Assembly: GCA_963841565.1 (NCBI GenBank)
Contig: CAWJCY010000004.1
Span: 32,001-96,000, forward strand
DNA: 64,000 bases
DNA from: an uncultured Nitrososphaerales archaeon
GTDB lineage: Archaea > Thermoproteota > Nitrososphaeria > Nitrososphaerales > Nitrososphaeraceae
Direction: 5' to 3'
Notes under the pieces: model-generated
Database searches by the model: none
Told to the model about the DNA's origin: nothing
What the model saw: the letters and a program-made list of their open reading frames with translations, nothing else
In this document: piece after piece, positions 11,029-21,240 of the stretch
Numbering within the stretch: position 1 is the first letter of the stretch
How the letters are laid out: every line of letters starts with the position of its first letter
Translations under genes and position numbers: made by a program

Positions 11029-12081
11029 ATGAAGGTAGGTGTTATTGGAGCATCAGGTTATGTAGGTGGTGAGCTCTTGCGGCTGCTATGTACCCACCCA
11101 AAAGTCGAGGTGAACATGATAACCTCTAGACAGAGAGCTGGCGAGCTCGTTCATCGCGTTCATCCCAGTCTTAAAGGGTTCATAGATCTAACTTTCTCAA
11201 CCCTAGATACAGAAAAGCTATCTGATAAATGCGATCTCGTTTTTACCTCACTTCCTCATGGCAAATCAAGTAGCATTGTAAAGGATCTCTATGATCGCGG
11301 TATGAGAATTATTGACCTTTCAGCTGATTTTCGTCTAAAGGATCCTAAGGATTACGTCAAATGGTACGGATGGGAACATCCTTTCCCCGAAATGCTCTCT
11401 CTATCTGCGTATGGAGTCCCGGAGTTCAATAGAGAAAAAATAAAGGGATCACGCTTAGTTTCTTGCCCAGGATGCATGGCGGTTACGTCGCTTATCTCGA
11501 TAAGACCACTGATTGAAAAGGATCTAATTGATACTGACCACATCATTGTCGATAGTAAGATTGGCTCATCGGGAGCAGGTGCAACTGAAAACGCAGGGAC
11601 ACATCATGCTATGCGTTACGGGGTAATACGACCATATAAACCAGCCAAACATAGACACACAGCAGAGATAAAGCAAGAATTGGAAATGGTCACAAAGAGC
11701 CCTATAAAAGTCAGCATGAGCCCTCACGCCGTTAACATTGTACGAGGAATACTAACAACTAATCACATTTTTATGAAACAAGAGGTCACGGAATTGGAGC
11801 TATGGAAAATTTATCGTGCAGCGTATGGCACCGAACCGTTCGTTCGTCTAATAAGAGATAAGAAGGGACTGTACAAATTCCCAGATCCCAAGTTTCTTAT
11901 TGGCTCAAACTTTTGCGATATCGGTTTTGACATCGATGAAGACAACATGAGAATCGTTGCATTATCAGCATCAGATAATTTGATGAAGGGCGCTGCTGGG
12001 TCTGCAATTCAAAATATGAATGTGATGTTCGGGTTCAATGAAATAGATGGATTGAAATTCACGCCAATTACTCCGGTATGA
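11029..12081 (+). CDS. lysY: [LysW]-aminoadipate/glutamate-phosphate reductase (ArgC/LysY)
   Basis: GASGYVGGEL, IDLSADFRL, catalytic PGC, DNLMKGAAG; in LysW cluster. Confidence 0.92.
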   Translation: MKVGVIGASGYVGGELLRLLCTHPKVEVNMITSRQRAGELVHRVHPSLKGFIDLTFSTLDTEKLSDKCDLVFTSLPHGKSSSIVKDLYDRGMRIIDLSADFRLKDPKDYVKWYGWEHPFPEMLSLSAYGVPEFNREKIKGSRLVSCPGCMAVTSLISIRPLIEKDLIDTDHIIVDSKIGSSGAGATENAGTHHAMRYGVIRPYKPAKHRHTAEIKQELEMVTKSPIKVSMSPHAVNIVRGILTTNHIFMKQEVTELELWKIYRAAYGTEPFVRLIRDKKGLYKFPDPKFLIGSNFCDIGFDIDEDNMRIVALSASDNLMKGAAGSAIQNMNVMFGFNEIDGLKFTPITPV

Positions 12082-12887
12082 TAGTAGTTAAAATTGGCGG
12101 TAGTATCGTGTCAGATAGTTTGCATCCTTCCATTTTTGATGACCTAACAGCAATATTGCACAATGAAAAGATAGTTCTTGTTCACGGGGGAGGGAAACAG
12201 GTTACTAGTGTTGCCAACAAGCTAGGCGTGAAGCAACAATTCATAGTGTCTCCTGGAGGCATCAGGAGTAGATACACAGATCGGGACACCGTGGAAGCAT
12301 ATACAATGGTCATGGCGGGGCAAGTGAACAAATCAATTGTGGCAAAGTTGCTTAAACATGGAATAAATGCAGTTGGTATTGCAGGGGTAGATGGGGGCCT
12401 TCTAAGGGCTGAGCGTAAGAAGAAACTCCTGATCATAAACGACAAAGGTAGAAAAATGTCTATCGATGGAGGTTACACTGGAAAAATCAATCACGTAAAC
12501 AAATCTCTTATTGATATCCTACTTGATGAGGACTTTGTGCCCGTAATCTCACCAATTGCATTAAGCGAAGAATTTGAATATCTTAATGTTGACGGGGACA
12601 GAGCAGCCGCTCATATAGCAGGGAATATGCGAGCAGACAGAGTTATATTTCTCACTGATGTAGCAGGCCTATTAATTGATGGGAGACTGATTGAAAATCT
12701 GACTTTAGGTGAGGCGAAAATGATGCTCCCCAAAATCGGTTTTGGAATGGAAAAGAAGATTTTAGCGTGCACAGAGGCATTGGAGCTAGGCGTCGGAGAG
12801 GCCATAGTCGGCAGTGGTTCAAGAGAAAATCCCATATCCAAATTGTTGGCTCATGAAAATTGTACGGTGATCACAGCACATGAATAG
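12078..12887 (+). CDS. lysZ: [LysW]-aminoadipate/glutamate kinase (ArgB/LysZ)
   Basis: VVKIGGS, VHGGG, SRYTD, NVDGDRAAA, GMEKK. Confidence 0.92.
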   Translation: MIVVKIGGSIVSDSLHPSIFDDLTAILHNEKIVLVHGGGKQVTSVANKLGVKQQFIVSPGGIRSRYTDRDTVEAYTMVMAGQVNKSIVAKLLKHGINAVGIAGVDGGLLRAERKKKLLIINDKGRKMSIDGGYTGKINHVNKSLIDILLDEDFVPVISPIALSEEFEYLNVDGDRAAAHIAGNMRADRVIFLTDVAGLLIDGRLIENLTLGEAKMMLPKIGFGMEKKILACTEALELGVGEAIVGSGSRENPISKLLAHENCTVITAHE

Positions 12888-14059
12888 TGAGGATGACTTC
12901 CTGGGCCACCTGTACCAACGATTTCCTATAGTCATCGACCGTGGAAAGGGTGCCAAGGTATGGGATGATGAGGGAAGGGAGTATATTGATTGTATGGCGG
13001 GGTATGGAGTAGCTCTGGTGGGGCATTGTAATGACAGAGTTGTCGCTGCTATCAAAGATCAATTGGAAAAGCTGATGGTCTGTCATATGTCAACTTATAA
13101 TACTGCCAGATCAATTATGCTCAAAAAGCTATCTAATGTAGTCCCGACTGGGCTAGACAAGATTTTTTTCTCAAATTCTGGCGCAGAGGCGGTGGAAACA
13201 GCGCTCAAGTTTTCACGAAAGTTTAGTGGAAAACCTGGCGTAATTTCAATGAATGGAGGATACCATGGAAAAACTCTAGGTGCCCTATCCGTAACTTCCG
13301 GCGAAAAATATAGGAGGCCATTTGAGCCACTGTTGGACCACATTAAATTTGTCCCTTACGGAAATACTAGCAAACTGGTAGACTCCATAGATGACAAGAC
13401 TGGAGCTGTTATATTAGAACCGGTTCAAGGCGAAAGCGGGATTATAATGCCTCCACCGGGGTTTATTCAAGAAGTTAGGGAAATTTGTTCGAGGCATTCT
13501 CTTGTTTTGATTTTCGATGAGATACAATCCGGATTTGGTAGAACCGGCAAGATGTGGGCCGCTGAGAATTGGAATACCATTCCTGATGTCGTCTGTGTCG
13601 CAAAGGGTATAGCAGGGGGGTTTCCTATGGGATTAACCATAACGAAAAATGAAATTATTGAGAGTATGAAAATTGGTGAACATTCATCTACTTTTGCAGG
13701 TAATCCACTAGCTTGCGCTGCTGCCGAGTGCTGCCATAGACGCCCTAGTTCTTGACGGATTGATCGAGAACTCTGCGGAAACTGGACGCTATTTCAAAGA
13801 TTTGTTGGTTCAGCTTAAAGAAAAGCACAAAATAGTGAGAGAAGTAAGGGGATTGGGATTGATGCTTGCATTAGAACTGAGATTTGATGTGAGAAATATA
13901 CTTATGGACGGCATTTCAAATGGTATCTTAATGTTGTATTCGGGCCGAAACATCATCAGATTGTTACCGCCTTTGTTAATTGATAGAGAATTGGTCTTGA
14001 AATTCGTTACAACTTTAGATAGACTGTTAGCATTGGAGGAAGAAAAAAGATCTGTTTGA
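12880..14059 (+). CDS. lysJ: [LysW]-semialdehyde aminotransferase (ArgD/LysJ), split by one extra base near 13725
   Basis: Class III aminotransferase (NSGAEAVE, YHGKT, EPVQGESG, DEIQSGFGRTG, AKG); deleting one base in GCTGCCGAGT joins the 12880 and 13760 ORFs into ...ACAAASAAIDALVLDGLIEN... Confidence 0.88.
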
Positions 14060-14063
14060 GTCC

Positions 14064-14477
14064 ATGGATCCGACAGATGTCAAGATAATCAAGATCCTTC
14101 AGTCGGATTCTAGAAAAGCCTTTGTAGAAATAGCAAATGAAATAGGCCTATCAGAATCTGCGGTCAGGAGACGGGTCAAGAACTTAACCAGGCGGGAGAT
14201 CATCAAGAAATTTACCCTTGAAGTAAATAGTGGCGATAAAACAAGCGCCATCACATTGATTTCTGTCAATTCGACTTCAGATACTTCATTTGTTTCTGGA
14301 AAATTAATGGGGCTACCAGGCGTAGAAGTCATTTATGAGATCACAGGACAGTACGACATAGCCGCTGTTATTTCAGCACCGTCTATATCTGAGATAAACA
14401 AGTGTATCGACGAAGTTCGAAAAACTGAAGGAGTATCAGATACGAATACAGTTATCATCTTGAAGACAATTAGGTGA
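14064..14477 (+). CDS. lysM: Lrp/AsnC family regulator (LysM-type)
   Basis: N-terminal HTH (EIANEIGLSESAVRRRV), RAM domain with ITGQYD; inside lysine cluster. Confidence 0.8.
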   Translation: MDPTDVKIIKILQSDSRKAFVEIANEIGLSESAVRRRVKNLTRREIIKKFTLEVNSGDKTSAITLISVNSTSDTSFVSGKLMGLPGVEVIYEITGQYDIAAVISAPSISEINKCIDEVRKTEGVSDTNTVIILKTIR

Positions 14478-14584
14478 ACCTGAAATCGATATTAACTATT
14501 ATTTCCTTCGCGGTTATAGTCAACATTCTGGAATAGGGTATCGAGAATTGTCATTGTTGCCAACGTAATTAGTCGATTCAGTTG

Positions 14585-14599
14585 CGAAAAGGTTTATAA
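14585..14599 (+). promoter_or_regulatory. putative BRE/TATA promoter of the HCS-lysW-lysX-lysK unit
   Basis: CGAAAAGG TTTATAA ending ~32 bp before the TTG at 14631. Confidence 0.55.
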
Positions 14600-14630
14600 C
14601 ATGTACGAAAGATGAACTTATTGGTAGTAG

Positions 14631-15860
14631 TTGTCGCTAAAATCAGAGGGCCCAAACCATTTCGCGAATCTTTACAATGAATCTAATGAGCTCAGCACGC
14701 GAAGAATTCGGATACTAGATTCAACCCTCAGAGAAGGTGAACAGCATCCTGGTGTATCCTTCACAATAAAACAGAGAATACAGATTGCATGGATGCTTGA
14801 TTCTTTTGGCGTTGATCAGATAGAGATAAGCCCGGTTGTTTCCAACGATCACTTCGAGGCTACCAGGACCATTATTAGGCAAGGATTGAAGGCAGACATA
14901 CTAGCACATGTCCGAGCGATCAAATCTGATGTAGATCGGGCAATAGATTGTGGTGCGACATGGGTGGCCACTTATTTAGGTATATCAGATGTTCACCTTG
15001 CTTCCAAATTAAAAATTTCAAGAGAAGAAGCCAAAGTTCGAGCTTTAGAGGTGGCAGATTACATCAAATCGCACGGACTGAAATCTCGGTTCACTATGGA
15101 GGATGCAAGTAGAACTGACCCAGACTTTTTGGTAGAAATGTGTGTCGAAATGAATAAGAGAGGAATTGAAAGGATAAGCCTGCCTGACACCGTAGGCATA
15201 ATGAGGCCCGCAGGGATGCAAAAAATGGTAACGTTGATTCTTGGTCATATAGATGCAGCCAAGACTTCTATTGACGTTCACTGTCACAATGATGTAGGAC
15301 TAGCTCTGGCTAATGCATTGGCTGGTTGTGATGCAGGGGCTGATCAAATTCATACTACTATTGACGGATTTGGGGAGAGGACGGGCATCCCATCGTTGGC
15401 TGAAACTGCAGTCGCATTAACTTTCATATATGATTGTAGAACTGATTTGAGGCTTCATATGTTAAAAGACCTTTCCAGAACGATATCCCAATATACGCAT
15501 TTGGAAACACCTGAATCGAAACCTATCGTCGGCGACAGCGCATACAAACACAAAGCTGGAACACATCTTGCTGCGATCCTAAGAGACCCTTCTGCCTATG
15601 AGATACTTGAGCCCAAATTAGTTGGGAATAGACGCAAGATAGTTTTCGGGGAATTGGCAGGGAAGAATGGTGCCGGTTACTTGCTGTCACTTTTGGGATT
15701 GAATACTGGCATGGAAGAAGCTGAAACACTAGCTCGAGGTCTAAAGGAACTTAGAATGGGAGATGTCCTCGAGTTGTACTTAGACGACAGACTGGAGAGA
15801 AAGATACTTAATGATGCTGTTGCAAAAGTTAAGACTGAGGAAAGAAGAGAAAATTGGTAA
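14631..15860 (+). CDS. homocitrate synthase (LeuA/HCS family)
   Basis: DSTLREGEQ, LPDTVG, HCHND, GERTG, HKAGTH; no LeuA regulatory domain; context in AAA lysine cluster. Confidence 0.8.
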   Translation: MSLKSEGPNHFANLYNESNELSTRRIRILDSTLREGEQHPGVSFTIKQRIQIAWMLDSFGVDQIEISPVVSNDHFEATRTIIRQGLKADILAHVRAIKSDVDRAIDCGATWVATYLGISDVHLASKLKISREEAKVRALEVADYIKSHGLKSRFTMEDASRTDPDFLVEMCVEMNKRGIERISLPDTVGIMRPAGMQKMVTLILGHIDAAKTSIDVHCHNDVGLALANALAGCDAGADQIHTTIDGFGERTGIPSLAETAVALTFIYDCRTDLRLHMLKDLSRTISQYTHLETPESKPIVGDSAYKHKAGTHLAAILRDPSAYEILEPKLVGNRRKIVFGELAGKNGAGYLLSLLGLNTGMEEAETLARGLKELRMGDVLELYLDDRLERKILNDAVAKVKTEERRENW

Positions 15861-16021
15861 AATGTCCAGAGTGTGACGCTGAAGTAAAGATTCCAGACGA
15901 TTCGATGGAAGGAGAGATAGTGACTTGTGCAGATTGTGGTGCAAGTTACGAGCTGGTAAAACGCGAGAAAGGGTTTGACATCAAACCGGCCCAGGTTGTC
16001 GGTGAGGACTGGGGTCAGTGA
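15854..16021 (+). CDS. lysW: amino-group carrier protein LysW (55 aa, not in ORF track)
   Basis: TTG-start ORF MVKCPECDAEVKIPDDSMEGEIVTCADCGASYELVKREKGFDIKPAQVVGEDWGQ; two CxxC pairs, EDWG motif; overlaps HCS stop and lysX start (GTGA). Confidence 0.93.
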   Translation: MVKCPECDAEVKIPDDSMEGEIVTCADCGASYELVKREKGFDIKPAQVVGEDWGQ

Positions 16022-16908
16022 ACAAAGAGAAAATTAATACTACGCCTACACCTTCTCTCACAATTCTTTACGACAACATTAGATGGGAAGAAAAGGCTCT
16101 ATTCGAAGCAGCCAAGAAAAAAGGTACAAACGTCACTATGTTAGATTGTAAAGCTTTATCTCTAAAACTAGAAGGCAGAAGAGACGATGACATCTTATCG
16201 AATGGCACTGTTATCCAACGCTGTGTTAGCTATTTCAGGAGTATCCATTCCACATCAATGCTGGAAGGTCTAGGATATAGAGTCATAAATTCATTTGAAA
16301 CATCAAACATTTGTGGCAACAAACTATTTGCACACGTAACTTTGAGGAAGAACGGTGTCAAAACACCTAAGGCTATTACAGCTTTCTCCGCCGAAGCTGC
16401 ATTGTCGGCTATAGAGGAAATAGGATACCCTGTGGTCATAAAACCTACTGTCGGAAGTTGGGGAAGATTGATAGGATTATTGCGCGACAGGGACGCTGCA
16501 GAAGCTGTTATTGAAAGCAGAGAGTATATGTTTCCATTATACCGAATTTATTTTTTTGAAGAGTTTGTAAAACGGCCACCTAGAGATATCCGAGCGATAG
16601 TAATTGGCAACCGGGTCGCAGCAGCTATCTATCGATATTCTGGACACGAAGAATGGAAAACAAATATGGCTCTTGGAGGCAAGGCTGAACCATGCGCAGT
16701 TACCAATGAATTAGAAGACCTATGCCTAAAGGCATCAGATGCAGTCCAAGGAGAAATTGTTGGAGTGGATCTGATGGAGAGCGACGAGGTTGGATTAATG
16801 GTACATGAAGTTAATAGCACCACAGAATTTAAGAATACAGTACGAGTAACTGGCGTTGATATACCCACGCTTGCTGTTGAATACTCAACAGGACCCAGAA
16901 ATAGATAG
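16018..16908 (+). CDS. lysX: alpha-aminoadipate--LysW ligase (ATP-grasp)
   Basis: IRWEEKAL, QRCVSYFR, KPTVGSWGR, RDIRA, WKTNMALGG, HEVNSTTEFKN. Confidence 0.9.
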   Translation: MNKEKINTTPTPSLTILYDNIRWEEKALFEAAKKKGTNVTMLDCKALSLKLEGRRDDDILSNGTVIQRCVSYFRSIHSTSMLEGLGYRVINSFETSNICGNKLFAHVTLRKNGVKTPKAITAFSAEAALSAIEEIGYPVVIKPTVGSWGRLIGLLRDRDAAEAVIESREYMFPLYRIYFFEEFVKRPPRDIRAIVIGNRVAAAIYRYSGHEEWKTNMALGGKAEPCAVTNELEDLCLKASDAVQGEIVGVDLMESDEVGLMVHEVNSTTEFKNTVRVTGVDIPTLAVEYSTGPRNR

Positions 16909-16910
16909 AA

Positions 16911-18032
16911 TTGGTGTCATACGGCTATGCAGTAGAATTTCTAAAGGGTTCTCTTGAAAAGTATACACCATCTAGGTCTGAGTCGCCACTTGCGATTTCT
17001 CTCAAAGAAAAATGCATTGATGAGTTAGGATTTGAGGAGGCCTACATAGACAGTGTCGGAAATATGATCGCAACTAAAGGCAATGGAGAACCGAGGATCC
17101 TTCTTTGTGGTCACATGGATACTGTTCCTGGAAGTATTCCAGTTAGAATAGAAGATGGGTATATCTACGGTAGAGGAGCCTCTGACGCAAAGGCTCCACT
17201 AATCTCAATGTTGCTTGCGGCTTCAGAGTTTCCTAAACAGCGCGGAACCATAATCCTTGCTGCAGTTGTCGATGAAGAAGGAAATGCAACGGGGATAAAG
17301 CACCTGGTTTCAAAACACTTGGATGTGAATTATGCAATATTCGGTGAGCCTAGCGGTATTGACAAGATCACCGTCGCATATAAAGGAAGGTTAGCAATAA
17401 GGCTTGTATGCGATGTAAAGAACAGCGCTCATGCTAGCGCACCTTGGCTGGCAAGGAACTCTATTGAAGAGATGTCTGCCTTGTGGAATGAATTAAGGGC
17501 TGAGTTATGCGGAAAGGAAACTCTATCAGGTGGATCCGATTCGGTGACCTGCTCTATCACAGAAATAGAAGGGGGATCTAGTCACAATGTCACTCCCCAG
17601 CGATGCAAAGCAACAATAGATATCAGAATACCTGTGAAAACTACTTGTGATGAAATTCTGGCAAGAGTAGATTCTGTAGTAAACAAGGTATCCAAATCTA
17701 ATGGGAATGTTATAAAATACAGGACCGAAGATCGGACGGAGCCTTTTGAAGCAGAATTTAGATCAGTGCTAGTTCGGGCTCTTTCCTTATCGATCATGGA
17801 CATATGCAAGGTCAGACCTTTACTAATTCGCAAGACCGGTACTGGAGATATGAACATTTTAGGAAATGCCCTTAAAATGCCTGCGGTGACCTATGGACCG
17901 GGCGACCCTCATTCATCCCATACTACCAACGAAAGAATAAAGATTCAAGAATACATATCAAGCATCGAAATCTATACGAGGGCGTTATTCCACATCTCTA
18001 GAATACATCACCTAAAGAAAGATTTGCATTAG
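16911..18032 (+). CDS. lysK: [LysW]-lysine/ornithine hydrolase (M20 family)
   Basis: GHMDTVPG, GRGASDAK, VDEE, GEPS, KTGTGDMN, YGPGD. Confidence 0.9.
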   Translation: MVSYGYAVEFLKGSLEKYTPSRSESPLAISLKEKCIDELGFEEAYIDSVGNMIATKGNGEPRILLCGHMDTVPGSIPVRIEDGYIYGRGASDAKAPLISMLLAASEFPKQRGTIILAAVVDEEGNATGIKHLVSKHLDVNYAIFGEPSGIDKITVAYKGRLAIRLVCDVKNSAHASAPWLARNSIEEMSALWNELRAELCGKETLSGGSDSVTCSITEIEGGSSHNVTPQRCKATIDIRIPVKTTCDEILARVDSVVNKVSKSNGNVIKYRTEDRTEPFEAEFRSVLVRALSLSIMDICKVRPLLIRKTGTGDMNILGNALKMPAVTYGPGDPHSSHTTNERIKIQEYISSIEIYTRALFHISRIHHLKKDLH

Positions 18033-18068
18033 GGAACAAGACAATTTGTGGTGAAAGGATAGACTACA

Positions 18069-19136
18069 ATGTTATGGTTAATCGGACTCGGAATAGAAGG
18101 CCTTAATGGGATGAGTATGAAAGGCCGAGAAATCCTAAAAACATGCAACCTCATCTACATAGAGAGATTTACAGGTTATTTGTCAGAGAGCGATTTAAGT
18201 GAATTGAGGCTCTACTGTAAGCATGACGATAATGTAGCAAACGTTGTAGGAAGATTATTTGTAGAAGATGGCCGTGAAATACTTGAACAAGCTGCTGACA
18301 ATGAGGTAGCCTTGATAGTATATGGCGATGCTCTAATTGCCACTACCTACATTGAATTATTCATACGAGCCACAAAGAGAGGCATTAAGGTGGATGTGAT
18401 CCATTCCGCGTCCGGTATCACCTCTCTAATCGGCGAGAGCGGATTACAAATTTACAAGTTCGGCAGGGCATCAACTATAATGTCTGAACCTCAGTCGGCT
18501 ATTAGTGTTTACAACACATTGCTGGATAACTTATTGCTAGGAAATCATACACTAATCTTGACCGAATATAGCGAGATAAAGGAAAACATTTCCCCTTTCT
18601 TTCTGAATCCTACTGTTGCTATGAGGATGTTATTGGACGTCGAAAAGGATCAAAGAAGTCGAGCATTCACTGAAGAGACCTTTGTAGTCGTTGCGTCAAG
18701 GATTGGAAGAACTGATAAGAAGATCATTTCAGGTCAAGTTCGATCACTTATGGAAATAAATTATGAGACTGGCCCTCACTCCCTTATAGTCCCTGGTCGG
18801 CTTCATTTCGTGGAAAAGGAAGCGATCTCCTGTATAACTTCGGTATTAAACGAGCCAAATGAAAACTCTTCACAAGTTGTGAGAATTTCTACGAGAATGG
18901 TTGAAAAGTATGTTCCCTCTGTTAAGAGGACGGTAAATGAGCTAAGAAAACGACTGCCCACAGATTCAATACAATACAAAGGAATTATCGCCGTACTCGA
19001 CAATGCGGAATATTATGTTCAAGATGCTGAAAAATTTTTAAATCAGGGAAAAAATGAATTAGCCGTGTTGAGTGTAGGCTATGCGGAAGGTCTAATTGAT
19101 GCAATTTCCTTCCAAAGGGGGTTGGATCCTTGGTAG
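18069..19136 (+). CDS. dph5: diphthine synthase with C-terminal DUF357-like domain
   Basis: LIGLGI, GDALIAT, GLQIYKFG, HTLIL, PHSLIVPG; tail NAEYYVQDAEKFL...SVGYAEGLIDA. Confidence 0.88.
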   Translation: MLWLIGLGIEGLNGMSMKGREILKTCNLIYIERFTGYLSESDLSELRLYCKHDDNVANVVGRLFVEDGREILEQAADNEVALIVYGDALIATTYIELFIRATKRGIKVDVIHSASGITSLIGESGLQIYKFGRASTIMSEPQSAISVYNTLLDNLLLGNHTLILTEYSEIKENISPFFLNPTVAMRMLLDVEKDQRSRAFTEETFVVVASRIGRTDKKIISGQVRSLMEINYETGPHSLIVPGRLHFVEKEAISCITSVLNEPNENSSQVVRISTRMVEKYVPSVKRTVNELRKRLPTDSIQYKGIIAVLDNAEYYVQDAEKFLNQGKNELAVLSVGYAEGLIDAISFQRGLDPW

Positions 19137-19268
19137 CCGAATGTTACCTAAAGCAATGCTTATCTGAAAGGGAAAATTTTCAAAAGTCCTACCTTTGCAC
19201 AAATAATGGGGTCATTTCAGCTAAAATGGTTTTAGTAGTAGCACGACTTACTTATCCCCTAATACCCG

Positions 19269-20741
19269 ATGAATGACGCTCCAAGGCATAGTTCTGCCAC
19301 CAAATCAGACCGAATACCTGATGAATTAGAGCGCTTTGTTAGGCACGATACTTATGCTCTTCTTATTAAAGGAAAGGCTGGAACAGGCAAAACGACTCTT
19401 TCATTGACTATTCTCAAAACCTTAGGTCAAGCAAGCAATTTTTTCTATATTTCTACTAGAGTATCTCCTAGACAGCTCTTCACTTACTATCCATGGTTGG
19501 AACAATTTGTTCAAACAATAAAACCTCAACCCACCTCGGACAGTGAAGAACAGGTGTACAAGATGTCTATGTTCGAAGACGCACGCCTCGATGAACCTGA
19601 ATCGTTATTTGAGCGTATAACCAACGAGTTGATGGATGTCAAGGCTCCAATTATAATTATCGATAGTTGGGATGCTATAGCTTCATTTATGGATAAGGAG
19701 GCTAGACTAAATAATGAACGAGTTCTGCAAACATGGCGTGAGAGGGCAGGCGCCAAACTAATCTTCATAAGTGAGGATACCTCGTATAGTACGCTTGACT
19801 TTTTAGTTGACGGAATCGTGGAATTGGATCAATTTGTGTACGATTCATGCAGATTGCGACAAATAAAGATGATTAAGTTAAGAGGAGTGAGAATGCTAAA
19901 CCAGATTTATAATTTTTCACTTAATAATAGTATATTTACCAGCTTTCCAACTTACAAACCTTCTGAATATGTTCTTAACAAGAAAGTTCCACAGAATGAC
20001 TTACCTAAGCGAAAAGACTATCCGCTGAAGCCTTACTCTGTCAGAGGGGTTGGACGGATTCGGACAGGATATCCTGAGTTGGACGCAGTATTGGAGGGCG
20101 GGCTCCCCAGAAAGGGAATTGTGATCTTCAGATTTGAACCCAGTATCCATATAATCGCAATAACAACATTTCTTGCAAAAATAATATCCAATTTCATAAA
20201 AAGAAATAATCCAGTCCTTCTCGAAACGATAAGTCAAGCCGATCCACATACCATCATGGCGATTATAAGATCATATTTGGGATATTTCCCCACCAACAAC
20301 GTATTCAGAGGATTGTGGTCTGACATCAAAGAATCAGCTATTAAGCAGCACATCGATCCTACTCAGTATTCTGTTCTAAAGAACTCTCAATCTGGCTTGA
20401 TTGAGAGGAGTATGGAAATGGCTCGAAAGCGATATCCGGAATCCTTGATGTTAAGTATCTTCAATTGTGAACATTTGAAATCACTTGAAGACGAACTTAG
20501 GCAACGTCAGACAAGCGTGCTTTCGTTACTTAGTGAGAAGACAGATCTTTCGATTATTGTGGGGACTACTGGAGAAGCAGTTTATCCTCCTGTAGAAGCT
20601 CATGCTGATCTGAAACTTGAGGTCAATGTAATAAACGGTACCTTGTTCCTAAGACCCATTTCACCGGTAGGACCTATTTTCGGATTCACTCCATACAAGA
20701 TAGGTGGAGTTCCACGTGTAAATCTTCAAGTTTTGGTGTAG
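19269..20741 (+). CDS. KaiC/RAD55-like (GvpD-type) two-domain P-loop ATPase
   Basis: Walker A GKAGTGKT, IIDSWDA, DFLVDGIVEL, KLRG; second RecA-like domain begins RTGYPELDAVLEGGLP but lacks Walker A. Confidence 0.75.
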   Translation: MNDAPRHSSATKSDRIPDELERFVRHDTYALLIKGKAGTGKTTLSLTILKTLGQASNFFYISTRVSPRQLFTYYPWLEQFVQTIKPQPTSDSEEQVYKMSMFEDARLDEPESLFERITNELMDVKAPIIIIDSWDAIASFMDKEARLNNERVLQTWRERAGAKLIFISEDTSYSTLDFLVDGIVELDQFVYDSCRLRQIKMIKLRGVRMLNQIYNFSLNNSIFTSFPTYKPSEYVLNKKVPQNDLPKRKDYPLKPYSVRGVGRIRTGYPELDAVLEGGLPRKGIVIFRFEPSIHIIAITTFLAKIISNFIKRNNPVLLETISQADPHTIMAIIRSYLGYFPTNNVFRGLWSDIKESAIKQHIDPTQYSVLKNSQSGLIERSMEMARKRYPESLMLSIFNCEHLKSLEDELRQRQTSVLSLLSEKTDLSIIVGTTGEAVYPPVEAHADLKLEVNVINGTLFLRPISPVGPIFGFTPYKIGGVPRVNLQVLV

Positions 20742-21240
20742 AGAAGTTATTTCGAATAGTACATCTGTTTGCTGCATTAGTGTACCGTGTTGCTAACATT
20801 CATTTTAAGCAACTCTCCTGATGTTGCATCAATTAACATGTTATCATGCTCATGAATCTCACCATACTTATCTTCTTATTTTTGCAATAACTAAGGAGCT
20901 TAATGGAATTGAACCGGAAAGAAATTGAGGAGGATATGCTAACCTATGGGCTGAGGCTGTGCATCTGCGATATTGATGGAGGTCATTTTCTACAATTTAG
21001 GCTTATTCTTGCTCTAACTCAGTCACTTCAAGCAAATGTGAATTGCAAACATAAGCCAAATTAATCGTTAGACAAAAGCTGGGATTTCGACAGTTAAACT
21101 TTACTTTCATGTTGCTCACTAGTCTTCAGGTTTAGTTGCCGAAATAAAATTCAACCGAGGAAGAATGTGACTATTCGACGCCCACGTGAATATCAGCAAT
21201 ATATTTATTGGTCAGCTGGCCAGACGCTTCAATACTCTAA

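Noticed and set aside
13700-13760. Programmed frameshift in lysJ
   Set aside because: No slippery sequence or stimulatory structure; same single-base pattern recurs in unrelated genes, suggesting sequencing error
19269-20741. Gas vesicle or circadian clock system
   Set aside because: No gvpA/gvp cluster and no kaiA/kaiB in the window
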